From Eledone cirrhosa (Eukaryota): 64,000 nucleotides of DNA. Below are positions 1-14,377 of the stretch, in pieces (positions within the stretch are counted from its first letter, which is position 1; each line of letters opens with the position of its first letter). A model generated the notes under the pieces. It saw only the letters and a list, made by a program, of their open reading frames with translations. It had not been told where the DNA came from and searched no databases. A program made the position numbers and the translations under genes. The stretch is from NCBI GenBank assembly GCA_964016885.1, contig CAXHJY010001043.1, positions 1 to 64,000 on the forward strand. The letters are read 5' to 3'.

Positions 1-396
1 TATATTTATATATATATATATTTATATATATATATTTATATATATATATTTATATATATTTATATATATTTATTTATATATATATATATTTATATATATA
101 TATTTATATATATATATTTATATATATATTTATATATTATATATTTATATATATATATTTATATATATATTTATATATATATATTTATATATATATTTAT
201 ATATATATATTTATATATATATTTTATATATATATTTATATATATATATTTATATATATATATTTATATATATATTTTATATATATATTTTATATATATA
301 TTTATATATATATTTTATGTATATATTTATATATATATTTTATATATATATTTTATATATATATTTATATATATATTTTATATATATATTTATATA

Positions 397-444
<48 letters not shown>

Positions 445-505
445 ATTTATATATATATATATTTATATATATATATATTTATATATATATATATTTATAT
501 ATATT

Positions 506-559
<54 letters not shown>

Positions 560-592
560 TATATATATATATATATAAATTTATATATATAA

Positions 593-628
<36 letters not shown>

Positions 629-672
629 TTATATATATATATAAATTTATATATATATATATAAATTTATAT

Positions 673-703
<31 letters not shown>

Positions 704-751
704 AATTTATATATATATATATATAAATTTATATATATATATATATAAATT

Positions 752-789
<38 letters not shown>

Positions 790-821
790 TATATATATAT
801 ATTTATATATATATATATTTT

Positions 822-852
<31 letters not shown>

Positions 853-856
853 ATAT
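1..856. repeat. (TA)n/(TTTATA)n microsatellite tract
   Basis: Near-pure TA dinucleotide sequence. Confidence 0.98.
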
Positions 857-1729
857 TCATCATCATCATCATCATCATCAACGTTTAACGTCCGTGTTCC
901 ACGCTTGCATGGGTTTGGACGGGGGTAGTCCCACTTGAGGCAAGAGTGATTGTCTTGCTCGCATAGGACTGTCTGGCAGGTTTTCTACAGTTGGATGCCC
1001 TTCCTAACACCAACCACATTTACAGTGTGGGTCTGGGAGGTTTTTACCGTGTTGCCTACACGGCCACATTACAGCGTGGACTGTGTGTTTTTTGTCGTGA
1101 CACCTACACGATCTCATTTGTTTCGGCCTCGATGGCGCGGCACCAACATAACTTTACATAGAACGGGGTGGTGTGGATCGGGTGGGGGTGGTGGGACGGG
1201 GTGTATTTGTTAGAGATGCCTACTGGCTGGAGTAGGTTTTACTATATATTTAGGTAAGGCGGGTCTTCTCTGTTACTGAGTACCGCCAAAGGTCTCGGTC
1301 CAGTGACATTGTCTTGGAGAGGTGTAAGTGTGTGATGTCGGAGTTTATCAGCTCGTCCCAGGTTTTTCTAGGTCTGCCTATTCCGTGACTACCGTCTATC
1401 TTTATTGCCCTGCACTTTGTTATACAGCTATCGACTTTCATGCGCATCACGTGTCCATACCAACGTAGCCTTCTCTCGAGTAAACAACATCTGATCCCTC
1501 TTATCTCTAATTTATTCCTTAGTTCGTTTATGCTTTGCCGTTCACGTATATTACTGTTACACATCCAGCGGAGCATGCAAGCTTCGTTCCTCTCTAGTCT
1601 GCGTATATCCTCTGCACACAATGCCCAGGTCTCACTGCCATGCAGCATTGCTGTTCGTATGCAGGCATCGTACAACCTGCCTTTCATTTTTAGTGAGAAC
1701 CCTTTAGCAGCTAATAGTGGTATAAGCTC
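857..1729 (-). mobile_element. RTE-clade LINE, 5'-truncated copy (RT C-terminus, 3'UTR, (GAT)n tail)
   Basis: ORF 1250..1687 nearly identical to the C-terminus of ORFs 4161..4883 and 50267..51988; (CAT)n tail at the left end; flanked by (TA)n. Confidence 0.93.
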
Positions 1730-1742
1730 ATATATATATATT

Positions 1743-1774
<32 letters not shown>

Positions 1775-1832
1775 TATATATATATATATTTTTATATATA
1801 TATATTTATATTTATATATATATTTATATATA

Positions 1833-1919
<87 letters not shown>

Positions 1920-1924
1920 ATATA

Positions 1925-1971
<47 letters not shown>

Positions 1972-2120
1972 TTATATATATATATATATATATATCTATT
2001 TATATATATATCTATTTATATATATATATATTTATATATATATTTATATTTATATATATATATATATATATAAATATATATATATCTATTTATATATATA
2101 TATATATATAAATATATATA

Positions 2121-2161
<41 letters not shown>

Positions 2162-2260
2162 ATTTATATATATATATTTATATATATATTTATATTTATA
2201 TATATATATATAAATATATATATTTGTATATATATTTATATTTATATATATATATATATA
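1730..2260. repeat. (TA)n tract between head-to-head LINE copies
   Basis: TA dinucleotide sequence. Confidence 0.97.
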
Positions 2261-5250
2261 TAATTATTGCTGGCGACCTAAATGGTCACATTGGACAACA
2301 TTGTGACGGCTATGACGGAATCCATGGAGGCTATGGGTTTGGTACTAGAAATGAGGAAGGCTCCAGAATCCTGGAATTGTGACGCAAATAATCTAACTAT
2401 CTGTAACACTAACTTCAAAAAACGAGACAATCACTTGATCACCTACAAATCAGGGGAACACACCAGCCAGGTAGATTATATCCTTACCAGAAGACGTGAC
2501 AGAGTGTCGGTTGTAAACACTAGATACCTCCCCCATGAAGAATGCAGCTCCCAACATAGACTGATAATTAGCGACCTCATAGTCAGGACGAGACGTACTC
2601 GACAGCAGAAGAAGACTATTCTTAGGAGAAAAATATGGAAGCTAAAGGACCCCACAGCCAGAAATAAATTTAAATGCATATTACTTGATGCTTTCGACAG
2701 TAAGGAAGAGCATTTAGAGTCGTACAATATAGAGGAACAGTGGGAATTCCTGAAAGCAAACCTGCTGATGGCGACAGACGAAATCTGTGGCTGGAGCAGG
2801 CCTATAGGCAGGAGGAGAATAACATGGTGGTGGAACAGTAAGGTGGAGGACTCAATTAATGCCAAAAAGCAGGCTTGGAAAGTATGGCGGGATGGGGGAA
2901 GTAGAGAAGACTATCAAGTGGCCAGGAGGGAAGCTAGGAGACAAGTGTACTTCGCAAGAAGGGAAGCAGAGGAAAGAAAGTTCAAGCATGTTCTACAACG
3001 CGAGGACCAAAAACGTGAGGTGTTCAGGATTGCTAGGCAATGTGTCAAGGAAAACCGTGATATTGTCGGGGAGAAGTGTGTACTTAATGAAGATGGCGTA
3101 CTTGCCATCACTGACGCTGATAAGAAGGTAGCTTGGAAGTGTCACTACGAAAGGCTACTAAATGAGGAGAATAAATGGGGGAAAGACAGTCTCCCCCACA
3201 TCGACCCAATAGAGGGACCAGCAGTGTTAGTCGAAGGTAGTATAATAAGTAAGGCAATCAAAGATATGAAGACGGGTAAGGCGGCTGGGCCTTCGGAAAT
3301 AGTTGCTGAAATGCTGAAAGCTTCTGGAATGGTGAGACACACCATGGTCACCCGGATAGTAAACCAAGTCATACAGAATGGGGTTGTTCCAAAGGACTGG
3401 CGTAGCAGCAACATCATTAACTGCTACAAGGGTAAAGGAGACGCCCTAGATAGGAGTAACTATAGAGGCATTAAATTAATCGACCAGGTCATGAAGGTCA
3501 CAGAAAAAGTAATAGCGCAATTAATCAGAGAGAGAATTGATCTAGATGAAATGCAGTTCGGGTTTGTGACAGGTAAAAGTACCATAGATGCTCTTTTCAT
3601 TGTACGACAACTACAGGAGAAGTACCTAGCTTAATGTAAACCCCTATACTTAGCTTTTGTCGACTTGGAAAAGCCTTCGACAGAGTCCCCCCGTTCCATT
3701 ATCTGGTGGGCTCTTAGAAAACTAGGTGTTGATGAATGGCTTGTGAGAGCTATACAAGCCATGTATAAAGAAACAGTCAGCAAGGTTAGAATTAACAACG
3801 AATATAGTGAAGAGTTTAGCGTAAAAGTTGTTGTTCATCAGGGCTCCGTTCTTAGCCCCCTACTATTTATTATTGCCCTTCAGGCTATAACAGTGGAGTT
3901 CAAGACCGGCTGCCCATGGGAACTCCTATACGCAGATGATCTAACGCTCATAGCTGAATCAATGGCCGAACTAGAGAAGAAATTCCAAACATGAAAGCAT
4001 GGCCTAGAATCAAAAGGCCTTAAAATTAACCTGTCTAAGACTAAAGTTCTAGTTTGGAGGAAGGAAAATAGGGCGCCGGTCCCATCTGGGAAATGGCCAT
4101 GCTCAGTGTAGGAAAGGAGTAGGTAGAAACTCCATTTTATGTCCTAAATGCAAAGTATGGGTGCATAAAAGATGTAGTGGGATCACAGGTAAGCTAACTA
4201 AGAACATAGATTTTATATGTGGCCGGTGCTCTGGTGCAATAAGTAGCAGCAAGTGCCCACAGAATACGAGCTCATTGCATTGCACAGATGGTTCTATAGA
4301 AATAGTGGACAGCTTCCGTTACCTGGGTGACAAAATCAGCAGTGGGGGAGGGTGCTCTGAAAGTACAGTAGCTAGAGTCATAACGGGATGGAAAAAGTTC
4401 AGAGAACTTATACCACTATTGGCCGCTAAAGGGTTCTCTCTAAAAATGAAACGCGGGTTGTATGATGCCTGCATACGAACAGCAATGTTGCATGGCAGTG
4501 AGACCTGGGCATTGTGTGCGGAGGATATATGCAGACTGGAGAGGAACGAAGCTTGCATTCTCCACTGGATGTGTAATAGTAATATACGTGAACGGCAAAG
4601 CATAAACGAAGTAAGGGAAAAATTAGAAATAAGAGGGATCAGATGTTGTTTACTCGAGAGAAGACTACGTTGGTATGGTCACGTGATGCGCATGAAAGAC
4701 GACAGCTGTATAAAAATGTGCAGGGCAATAAAAATAGACGGTAGCCACGGAGTAGGCAGACCCAGAAAAACCTGGGACGACTTGATAAATTCCGACCTCA
4801 CACACTTACACCTCTCCAAGACAATGTCACTGGACCGAGACCTTTGGCGCTACACAGTAATAGAGAAGACCCGCCTTACCTAAGTACAAAGTGAAACCTA
4901 CTACAGTCAGTAGGCACCTCTAACAAAATACACCCCCGTCCCACTACCCCCACCCCATCCACACCACCCCTTTCAATGTAAAGTTATGTTGGTACCACAA
5001 CATCCAGCCCGAAACAAATGAGGTTGCGTAGGTTTCACGACAAAAAACACACAGTCCTGTAATGTGGCCGTGTAGGTAACACGGTAAAAACCTCCCAGTT
5101 CCACACTGTAAATGTGGTTGGCGTTAGGAAGGGCATCCAGCCATAGAAAACCCGCCAGACAGTCCTATGCGAGCAAGACAACCACTCTTGCCTCAAGCCG
5201 TCCAAACCCATGCAAGCGTGGAATATGGACGTTAAACGATGATGATGATG
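2261..5250 (+). mobile_element. RTE-clade LINE, 5'-truncated, disrupted (end of APE endonuclease, RT, PHD-like finger, 3'UTR, (GAT)n)
   Basis: GDLNGH, SQVDYIL, NYRGIKL, QFGF, LYADD and FRYLG motifs; stops at 3632 and 3992 and frameshifts near 2377, 3690 and 4107 relative to the 49-52 kb copy. Confidence 0.95.
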
Positions 5251-5625
5251 ATATATATATATAAATATATATATATAAATAAATATATAAATATATATAT
5301 AAATATATATATATAAATAAATATATAAATATATATATAAATATATATAAATAAATATATAAATATATAATATATATAAATATATATAAATAAATATATA
5401 TATAAATATAAATATATATATAACTATATATATAAACATAAATATATATATAACGATATATATAAACATAAATATATATATAACTATATATATAAACATA
5501 AATATATATATAAATAAATATATATATAAATAAATATATATATAAATAAATATATATATAAATAAATATATATATAAATATATATATAAATAAATATATA
5601 TATAAATAAATATATATATAAATAA

Positions 5626-5684
<59 letters not shown>

Positions 5685-5887
5685 AATATATATATAAATA
5701 TATATATAAATATAAATATATATATAAATATATATATAAATATATATATATATATAAATATATATATAAATATATATATATATATAAATATATATATAAA
5801 TATATATATATATATAAATATAAATATAAATATATATATAAATATATATATAAATATAAATATATATATAAATATATATATAAATAT

Positions 5888-5920
<33 letters not shown>

Positions 5921-5947
5921 AATATATATACATAAATATATATATAT

Positions 5948-5979
<32 letters not shown>

Positions 5980-5987
5980 ATATATAA

Positions 5988-6018
<31 letters not shown>

Positions 6019-6075
6019 AATATATATACGTTATTCCGGGTAGAATATAGATGAATCTCATCTATATATAAATAT

Positions 6076-6124
<49 letters not shown>

Positions 6125-6238
6125 AATAAATATATATATATATATAAATATATATAAATATATATGTATATATAAATAAATATATATATATATGAATAAA
6201 TATATATAAATATATATATATAAATAAATATATATAAA
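5251..6238. repeat. (TA)n/(TAAA)n tract
   Basis: Low-complexity TA sequence; source of spurious YI-rich ORFs. Confidence 0.97.
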
Positions 6239-6575
6239 TCATCGTTTCATTTTACGTCCGCTTTTTCCCTGCTTGCAAGGGTGGGACAGGAACTGATGCT
6301 GGCTTGATTTCTACAGCTGGATGCCCTTTCTAACACCAACCTCATTTACAGCGAGTGCTGGGTGCTTTTTTGCCGTGGCACCTCCACGACCACTTTGCAG
6401 TGGAATGATATAGACCCCAGTCCCTATCATCTCATTTCTACAGCTGAGTAAACTGGAGCAATGTGAAATAAAGTGTCTTGCTCAAGGAAACAACACATCA
6501 CCCGGTCTGAGAATTGAACTCACAACCTTTCGATTGCAAGGCCAATGCTCTAACCACTAAGCCATGTGCCTCCAT
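6239..6575 (-). mobile_element. tRNA-derived SINE with RTE-type 3' end
   Basis: Minus strand has TGGCTTAGTGG (A box) and GAGTTCAATTC (B box), ggtgttagaaagggcatccagctgtagaaa and a GAT tail; homologous to 54506..54937. Confidence 0.85.
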
Positions 6576-7456
<881 letters not shown>

Positions 7457-7547
7457 TGTAGGAGGTGAGTTTTATTGTAGTACAATAAAGCAATGCAGAT
7501 ATCTGATAAGAAGCACTCTACAATTTGTAGGACTGGAGTATACATAA

Positions 7548-7871
7548 TATATAAGAACAAAAGATGGTTAAAAGAGTTCCATGTATTTTATTATGCGCAT
7601 TTGAAAAACAAATATCATCATGCAATAATATTTGTGTTTTCATCAGATAAAACAGGAAGACATGATATGAAGGTTAAAAAATAGTGCATGTTTTAAATCA
7701 ACATATGTTGATTTAAAACTGCACTATCCACAAGTGTTTTTTTAACCTTCATATCATGTCTTCCTGTTTTATCTGATGAAAACACAAATATTATTGCATG
7801 ATGATATTTGTTTTTCAAATGCGCATAATAAAATACATGGAACTCTTTTAACCATCTTTTGTTCTTATATA
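7548..7871. mobile_element. Fold-back element: ~133-bp perfect inverted arms around a palindromic centre, each arm with a hammerhead-like motif (putative non-autonomous Penelope-type element)
   Basis: 7548-7681 is the reverse complement of 7738-7871; central gttttaaatcaacat|atgttgatttaaaac palindrome. Confidence 0.8.
7767..7833 (+). ncRNA. Type I minimal hammerhead ribozyme-like motif with a G12>C core change (mirror copy at 7586..7652, minus strand)
   Basis: ttttat-CTGATGA-16-bp stem II-CAAA-TGCGCAT-A-ataaaa; stem I ttttat/ataaaa; palindromic stem III. Confidence 0.7.
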
Positions 7872-8029
7872 AATATATATATATATAAATAAATATATAT
7901 ATATATATAAATAAATATATATATATATATAAATATATATATATATATGAATAAATATATATAAATAAATAAGTTGAAAAAAATGAAAACGAAATTTCAT
8001 TTCTCACTCTTAGTATGGCACTTACTTAA

Positions 8030-8087
8030 ATGTAAGTATGTATGTATACGTAGATACATATATGTATACAGACGTACAGTAGCATGC

Positions 8088-8120
<33 letters not shown>

Positions 8121-8393
8121 TACACATATGCATACAGGTACACATACATATATGCACACATCAGTTTAGCCGACGTTTATTATAACGCAGCTTTGTTCAC
8201 TTGTTTGTCAACAAACTGAACAGCCTGAATTTATGCCATACGGTGTTAAGGCAACCACGTCACCTTTTTGTTCAACACTGACACAGGAACGATGTACTAG
8301 TTTCAAGGTTGTTAGCTATCATCAGCACCGTTTACCCATGCTACTGTACCTCTGTATACATATATGTATGTACGTATACATACATACTTACAT
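8030..8393. mobile_element. Short element with ~57-bp inverted repeats enclosing a hammerhead motif
   Basis: 8030-8086 vs 8337-8393 reverse complementary (2 mismatches); embedded in (TA)n. Confidence 0.7.
8288..8332 (-). ncRNA. Type I minimal hammerhead ribozyme motif
   Basis: aacggtg-CTGATGA-tagctaacaacctt-GAAA-CTAG-TA-catcgtt: 7-bp stem I, intact core, palindromic ACTAGT stem III, GUA cleavage triplet; stem II weak. Confidence 0.75.
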
Positions 8394-8531
8394 ATAAATA
8401 AATAAATATATATAAATAAATATATATAAATAAATATATAAATAAATATATAAATAAATATATATAAATAAATATATATAAATATATATATATATAAAAA
8501 TAAATATATATAAATAAATATATATATATAT

Positions 8532-9050
8532 GGCAGACCTAGAAAAACCTGGGACAAGCTGATAAACTCCGACCTCACACACTTACATTTCTCCAAGACA
8601 ATGTCACTGGACCGAGACCTTTGGCGGTACTCAGTAACAGAGAAGACCTCCTGCCTTACCTAAATACATAGTAAAACCTACTACAGCCAGTAGGCATCTC
8701 TAACAAAATACACCCCCCCCCCCCCCCCCCCACACCCCATCCAAACCACCCCCTTCTATGTAAAGTTATGTTGGTGCCACGCCATCCAGGCTTAAACAAA
8801 TGAGATCGTGTAGGTGTCACGACAAAAAAACACAGAGTCCACGCTGTAATGTGGCCGTGTAGGCAACACGGTAAAAACCTCCCAGACCCACACTGTAAAT
8901 GTGGTTGGTGTTAGGAAGGGCATCCAATTGTAGAAAACCTGCCAGACAGTCCTATGCGAGCAAGACAATCACTCTTGCCTCAAGTGGGAATACCCCCGTC
9001 CAAACCCATGCAAGCGTGGAACACGGACGTTAAACGTTGATGATGATGAT
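8532..9050 (+). mobile_element. RTE-clade LINE 3' fragment
   Basis: GRPRKTWD...[13 protein letters not shown], 3'UTR and (GAT)n; very similar to the reverse complement of 857..1378. Confidence 0.92.
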
Positions 9051-9182
9051 ATATAGAAATAAATATATATAAATAAATATATATAAATATATATATATAA
9101 ATATATATATATAAATAAATAAATATATATATATATAAATAAATATATATAAATAAATATATATATATATATAAATAAATAT

Positions 9183-9213
<31 letters not shown>

Positions 9214-9322
9214 AATAAATATATATATATATATAAATAAATATATATATATAAATAAATAAATATATATATATATAAATAAATATATATAAATAAATAT
9301 ATATATATATATAAATAAATAT

Positions 9323-9353
<31 letters not shown>

Positions 9354-9712
9354 AATAAATATATATATATATATAAATAAATATATATATATATATAAAT
9401 AAATATATATATATATATAAATAAATATATATATATATATAAATAAATATATAAATAAATAAATATATATATAAATAAATATATATATAAATAAATATAT
9501 AAATAAATATATATATATATAAATAAATATATATATATAAATAAATATATAAATAAATATATATATAAATAAATATATATATAAATATATATATAAATAA
9601 ATATATATATAAATAAATATATAAATAAATATATATATAAATAAATATATATATATATAAATAAATATATATATAAATAAATATAAATATATATATATAT
9701 ATATAAATAAAT

Positions 9713-9745
<33 letters not shown>

Positions 9746-9752
9746 AATAAAT

Positions 9753-9803
<51 letters not shown>

Positions 9804-10092
9804 AATATATATATATATAAATAAATATATATATATAAATAAATATATATATATATAAATATATATATATAAATAAATATATATATATTTATTTATATAT
9901 ATAAATATATATATATATAAATATATATATAAATAAATATATATATATATATAAATATATATATAAATAAATATATATATATATAAATATATATATAAAT
10001 AAATATATATATATATATAAATATATATATATATAAATATATATATAAATAAATATATATATATATAAATATATATATAAATAAATATAAAT

Positions 10093-10137
<45 letters not shown>

Positions 10138-10142
10138 TAAAT

Positions 10143-10175
<33 letters not shown>

Positions 10176-10238
10176 TAAATAAATATATATATATATAAAT
10201 AAATATATATATATATAAATATATATATAAATATAAAT

Positions 10239-10269
<31 letters not shown>

Positions 10270-10272
10270 AAT

Positions 10273-10321
<49 letters not shown>

Positions 10322-10510
10322 AATATATATATAAATATAAATATATATCATCATATATATATATATATATATAAATATATATATAAATATATATATATAA
10401 ATATATATATATAAATATATATATATAAATATATATATAAATATATATATAAATATATATATAAATATAAATATAAATATATATATAAATATAAATATAT
10501 ATAAATATAT

Positions 10511-10555
<45 letters not shown>

Positions 10556-10570
10556 TATATTTATATATAG
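9051..10570. repeat. (TA)n/(TAAA)n tract
   Basis: Low-complexity TA sequence. Confidence 0.97.
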
Positions 10571-10571
10571 T

Positions 10572-10642
10572 TTCAGAAGATCCTGTTAAGGGTGAAAGCA
10601 GCGATTCTTTGCTTAAACTTTAATGTGTGATTTTAATAAATA
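10572..10642 (+). mobile_element. Fragment of a short TA-embedded repeat family (cagaagatcccgttaagggtgaaagcagcgattc...)
   Basis: Near-identical copies at 52010, 57628 and (reverse) 57713-57782. Confidence 0.75.
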
Positions 10643-10754
10643 TATATATATAAATATATATATAAATAGATATAAATATATATATATCATCATCATCATC
10701 ATCGTTTAACGTCCATATTGCACGCTTGCATGGGTTTATATATAAATATATATA

Positions 10755-10796
<42 letters not shown>

Positions 10797-11056
10797 TATA
10801 TATATATAACATTATTATATATTATTATTATATAATAATAACAATAATAATGACAATGGTGGTGATGATAATGATGATGGTGATATCAAAAATAATATGT
10901 CATGTTTCAGCAAATAATTGAAGGTATTTTTTTTAAACAAAAACTAAGTAAAAAAAATTGTTGATAAAAACTGAGAAGAAATGTGTGTTTGTATCAGGAA
11001 CAATTATATATATGTATGAATGTGTATGCATGTATACATATATGTGTGTATGTGTG

Positions 11057-11096
<40 letters not shown>

Positions 11097-11159
11097 ATAA
11101 TATATATGGTCCAACCTTTTCTAGCAAGGGAAACAGACATTAAATGATGATGATGAATG

Positions 11160-11269
11160 TGTAATATATATATATATATATGTGTATGTATACATACATA
11201 CATATACATACATATATATATATATGTATACATACATACATATACATACATATATATATATATGTATGT

Positions 11270-11309
<40 letters not shown>

Positions 11310-11330
11310 TTACATATATATATATATCTG

Positions 11331-11361
<31 letters not shown>

Positions 11362-11579
11362 GTAAACATACATATATATATATATAAACATACATATATA
11401 TATATATAAACATACATATATATATATATAAACATACATATATATATATATAAACATACATATATATATATATAAACATACATATATATATATATAAACA
11501 TACATATATATATATATAAACATACATACATATATATATAAACATACATACATATATATATAAACATACATACATATAT

Positions 11580-11614
<35 letters not shown>

Positions 11615-11625
11615 AATATATATAA
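11160..11625. repeat. (TA)n/(TACA)n microsatellite with a ~20-bp period section
   Basis: aaacatacatatatatatat units. Confidence 0.93.
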
Positions 11626-13309
11626 CTTTAATTGCTTATTTTCATGGAGCCAATTAACAATCTAGATGACATCTTCATCTTCTGTTTTCCCCTTTTCCTC
11701 TCATTCTGTTGCAGGCAATAAATAATAGAAACCCTGGCAGTAGTGTTTCCATCTTCTCTGCATATCGAACATATCAAAGTTATTACAGTAATATTATCTC
11801 ATGATGAATAATTTAGAACAAATATTTAATCACTAATCAATTGATACAATGGAGTGAAATACAGCAACAGTTTGTGTTGTTAAATAAACACCAGCTTGTC
11901 TGTTGCTGTCGTATGTAGAATGAGCAATGTTATATAGTAGAGATTTTTTAAACTTTTGTGATGAGTCACAAGGTGAAGGTCAACCACCATAAAAACAACA
12001 ACAACAATGATAATGATTATTATTACATATGCAATCCTTTGGTGTAGGTAGATGTGATGTAAGCAAGGTGACTTCCACAAGTTTCTGAAAATCACATTAA
12101 ACACCACAGCCAACTACTTCAACAGCAATAAAATGAAAATAAACAGTTTAAATTTATTTTTAAAAAAAGTTTTTTTAATATAAATACAATCTATATTTAA
12201 AAAGAAAAAGAGAAAAAAGTAGAAGAGATACACACTGGATGGTATACCACAACAAGAGGTGCTAGAGTTTCCCTCAAATAATTTTGAGGGAAACCAACAT
12301 ACTTGCAGGTGCTAACAAGACTAAGATGCTAGAATAACCATGCACCCTTGTGGATATCACCTGATATGTCAGTAAAGTGAACTGCCTGTCAACAATGACA
12401 AGGACCTCATTGTCAGTGTACCTGCTCTCCAAACATCTCAAACACCACTGGCTGAAAAAATGGTTCGGCAATAAATCTATTTTAATAATCTTTCATATTT
12501 TCTTCAATCTTTATCAAACATAATTTAATTATTTTAAAACATTTTCTTTTACTAATAAATCAAATTGTTGCTATTATGTGGAAAAGAGATTATTTAACCC
12601 TTTAGTTATCAATCCGGTCAAAACCAGCTCTGGTTCTATGAAATAAAATCACCTATTTTAAAGGTTTCCAATTTAAATTATAATCTTCCAACATAATTTT
12701 ATATGAGAACCTTATATTAAGTTAATATCTTAATAATTAAATAATTAATAATTTTCATAAACCCCTCAAAATTCTCATTAATTAATTGAAATAAAGTGTA
12801 TTTCATTAGAAAGATATGTTGTGATACTTCTTTTTCTTTTTACTAATCAATCATTCAGAATTTACATATACAGATCAATCAGATATCATTTTATTAATTT
12901 TATTACTGTTGAACTAATTGGCAGTGGGTATCGCCTTGTTTACACAGCGTCTGCCTACAACGATAGATCACTTTTATATATATTTGCAAACAGAAAAAAA
13001 ACCTATAGAAAGAAAAACAAATAAATAAAAAGAATGCAGAAGAGAAATGTAGAGAGGGTGGGGGAGAAAACTCCACATTAGGTGCATGGTATATCTCAGC
13101 TGCACCTCATGGACAAAATGGTGAAAATAATGTCATCAACCATTCCACAGAGTTCCTTCCTCAGGTGTGATGCCCTCTTTGAGATTTTATTGGAGGAAAA
13201 TGGTAGTCTAGGAACTGAGGAGACTGGAGGTCTTGATGGCCACTGGCAGAGAAAATGATCAGTCAATGATTGGTATTTAATTAAATATTTATTGAGACAC
13301 AAATATGTG

Positions 13310-14375
13310 AAATTTAGGGGCAGATGAGGAAAGGTGTAGTTGATTTAATAGATGCTCAGTATTACTTTTACAGGTTCTTCACTATTTTATTGACCCCTAG
13401 AGAGATAAAAAGCAAAAGAAAATCAAACTCAGCAGGATTTGAATTCAGAATAGAGTAGGACAAGATGAATACAGAGAATTTCATCTTGTACGCAACCAGT
13501 TCTGCCACTCCATGGCCATAATGATTTTTTCTAACATTGGAACATGGCCAATAAAATTTGGGGGAAGAGAAAAATCGAATATATCAACCCCAGGAAGATG
13601 ATTACATGGTCATAAAAATAAGAATAAGAATGGTTTCTAATTTAGGTACAAAGTCAGCAATTTGGGGTGGGGAGGGGAAATCAATCAGTACTTGACTGGT
13701 GCTTTATTTTATCAAACCCGGAAAAATGAAATCCTTGTTGGGATTTGAATTTAGAACTCAGAATGTAAAGACCTAGACAAATACCACAAAGCATTTTGTC
13801 TGTGCTCTAACAATTCTACCAGCCACTACCATTACAATAATAATTCTATATAAATTTGGCACAAGGCCAGCAATTTGGGGGAAAGGGAAAGTATATTATA
13901 TTGATCCCAATACATTACTTTTATTTCATTTTATCAACCTCAAAAAGGATGAAAGGCAAATTTGACCTTGGCAGGATTTGACCTTGGCAGGATTTGACCT
14001 GGGCAGAAGAAATATTGTGAAGTATTTATCCAACACTCTAATAACACTCACAATCCACCAACCTTAATCATTTAAAATTTAGATACAAGACCTGCAATTT
14101 GAGGAAGGGAAAAGTTGATTAAATCAACCCCAGTACTTTACTGATACTTTATTTTATTGACCCCAGAAAAATGAAAAGTGAAGTTGATTTGAATACAGAA
14201 TGTAAAGAGCCCGAACCAACACTGCAAAGCATTTTGTCTAACCCTCTAGCAATTCTGCCAATCCACTGCCATTAATGGTTTTTAATTTAGACACAAATCC
14301 AGCAATTTGGAAAGGAGGGAGAGGAGAAAGTCAATTATATTCACCTCAGTAATTAACTGGAACTATATTTTATTG
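13310..14375 (-). mobile_element. Cluster of ~5-6 decayed copies of a tRNA-derived SINE (Meta-SINE-like core)
   Basis: Repeated ggcacaaggccagcaattt...accccagtact...tttatcgacccc...gatgaaaggcaaag...ggatttgaa blocks; same family at 16046, 18895, 25108, 27210 and 33560. Confidence 0.75.
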
Positions 14376-14377
14376 AG

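Noticed and set aside
2476-4603. Antisense ORFs over the LINEs and PLE (also 50019-51714, 52349-54092)
   Set aside because: Shadow frames of retroelement coding or C-rich sequence
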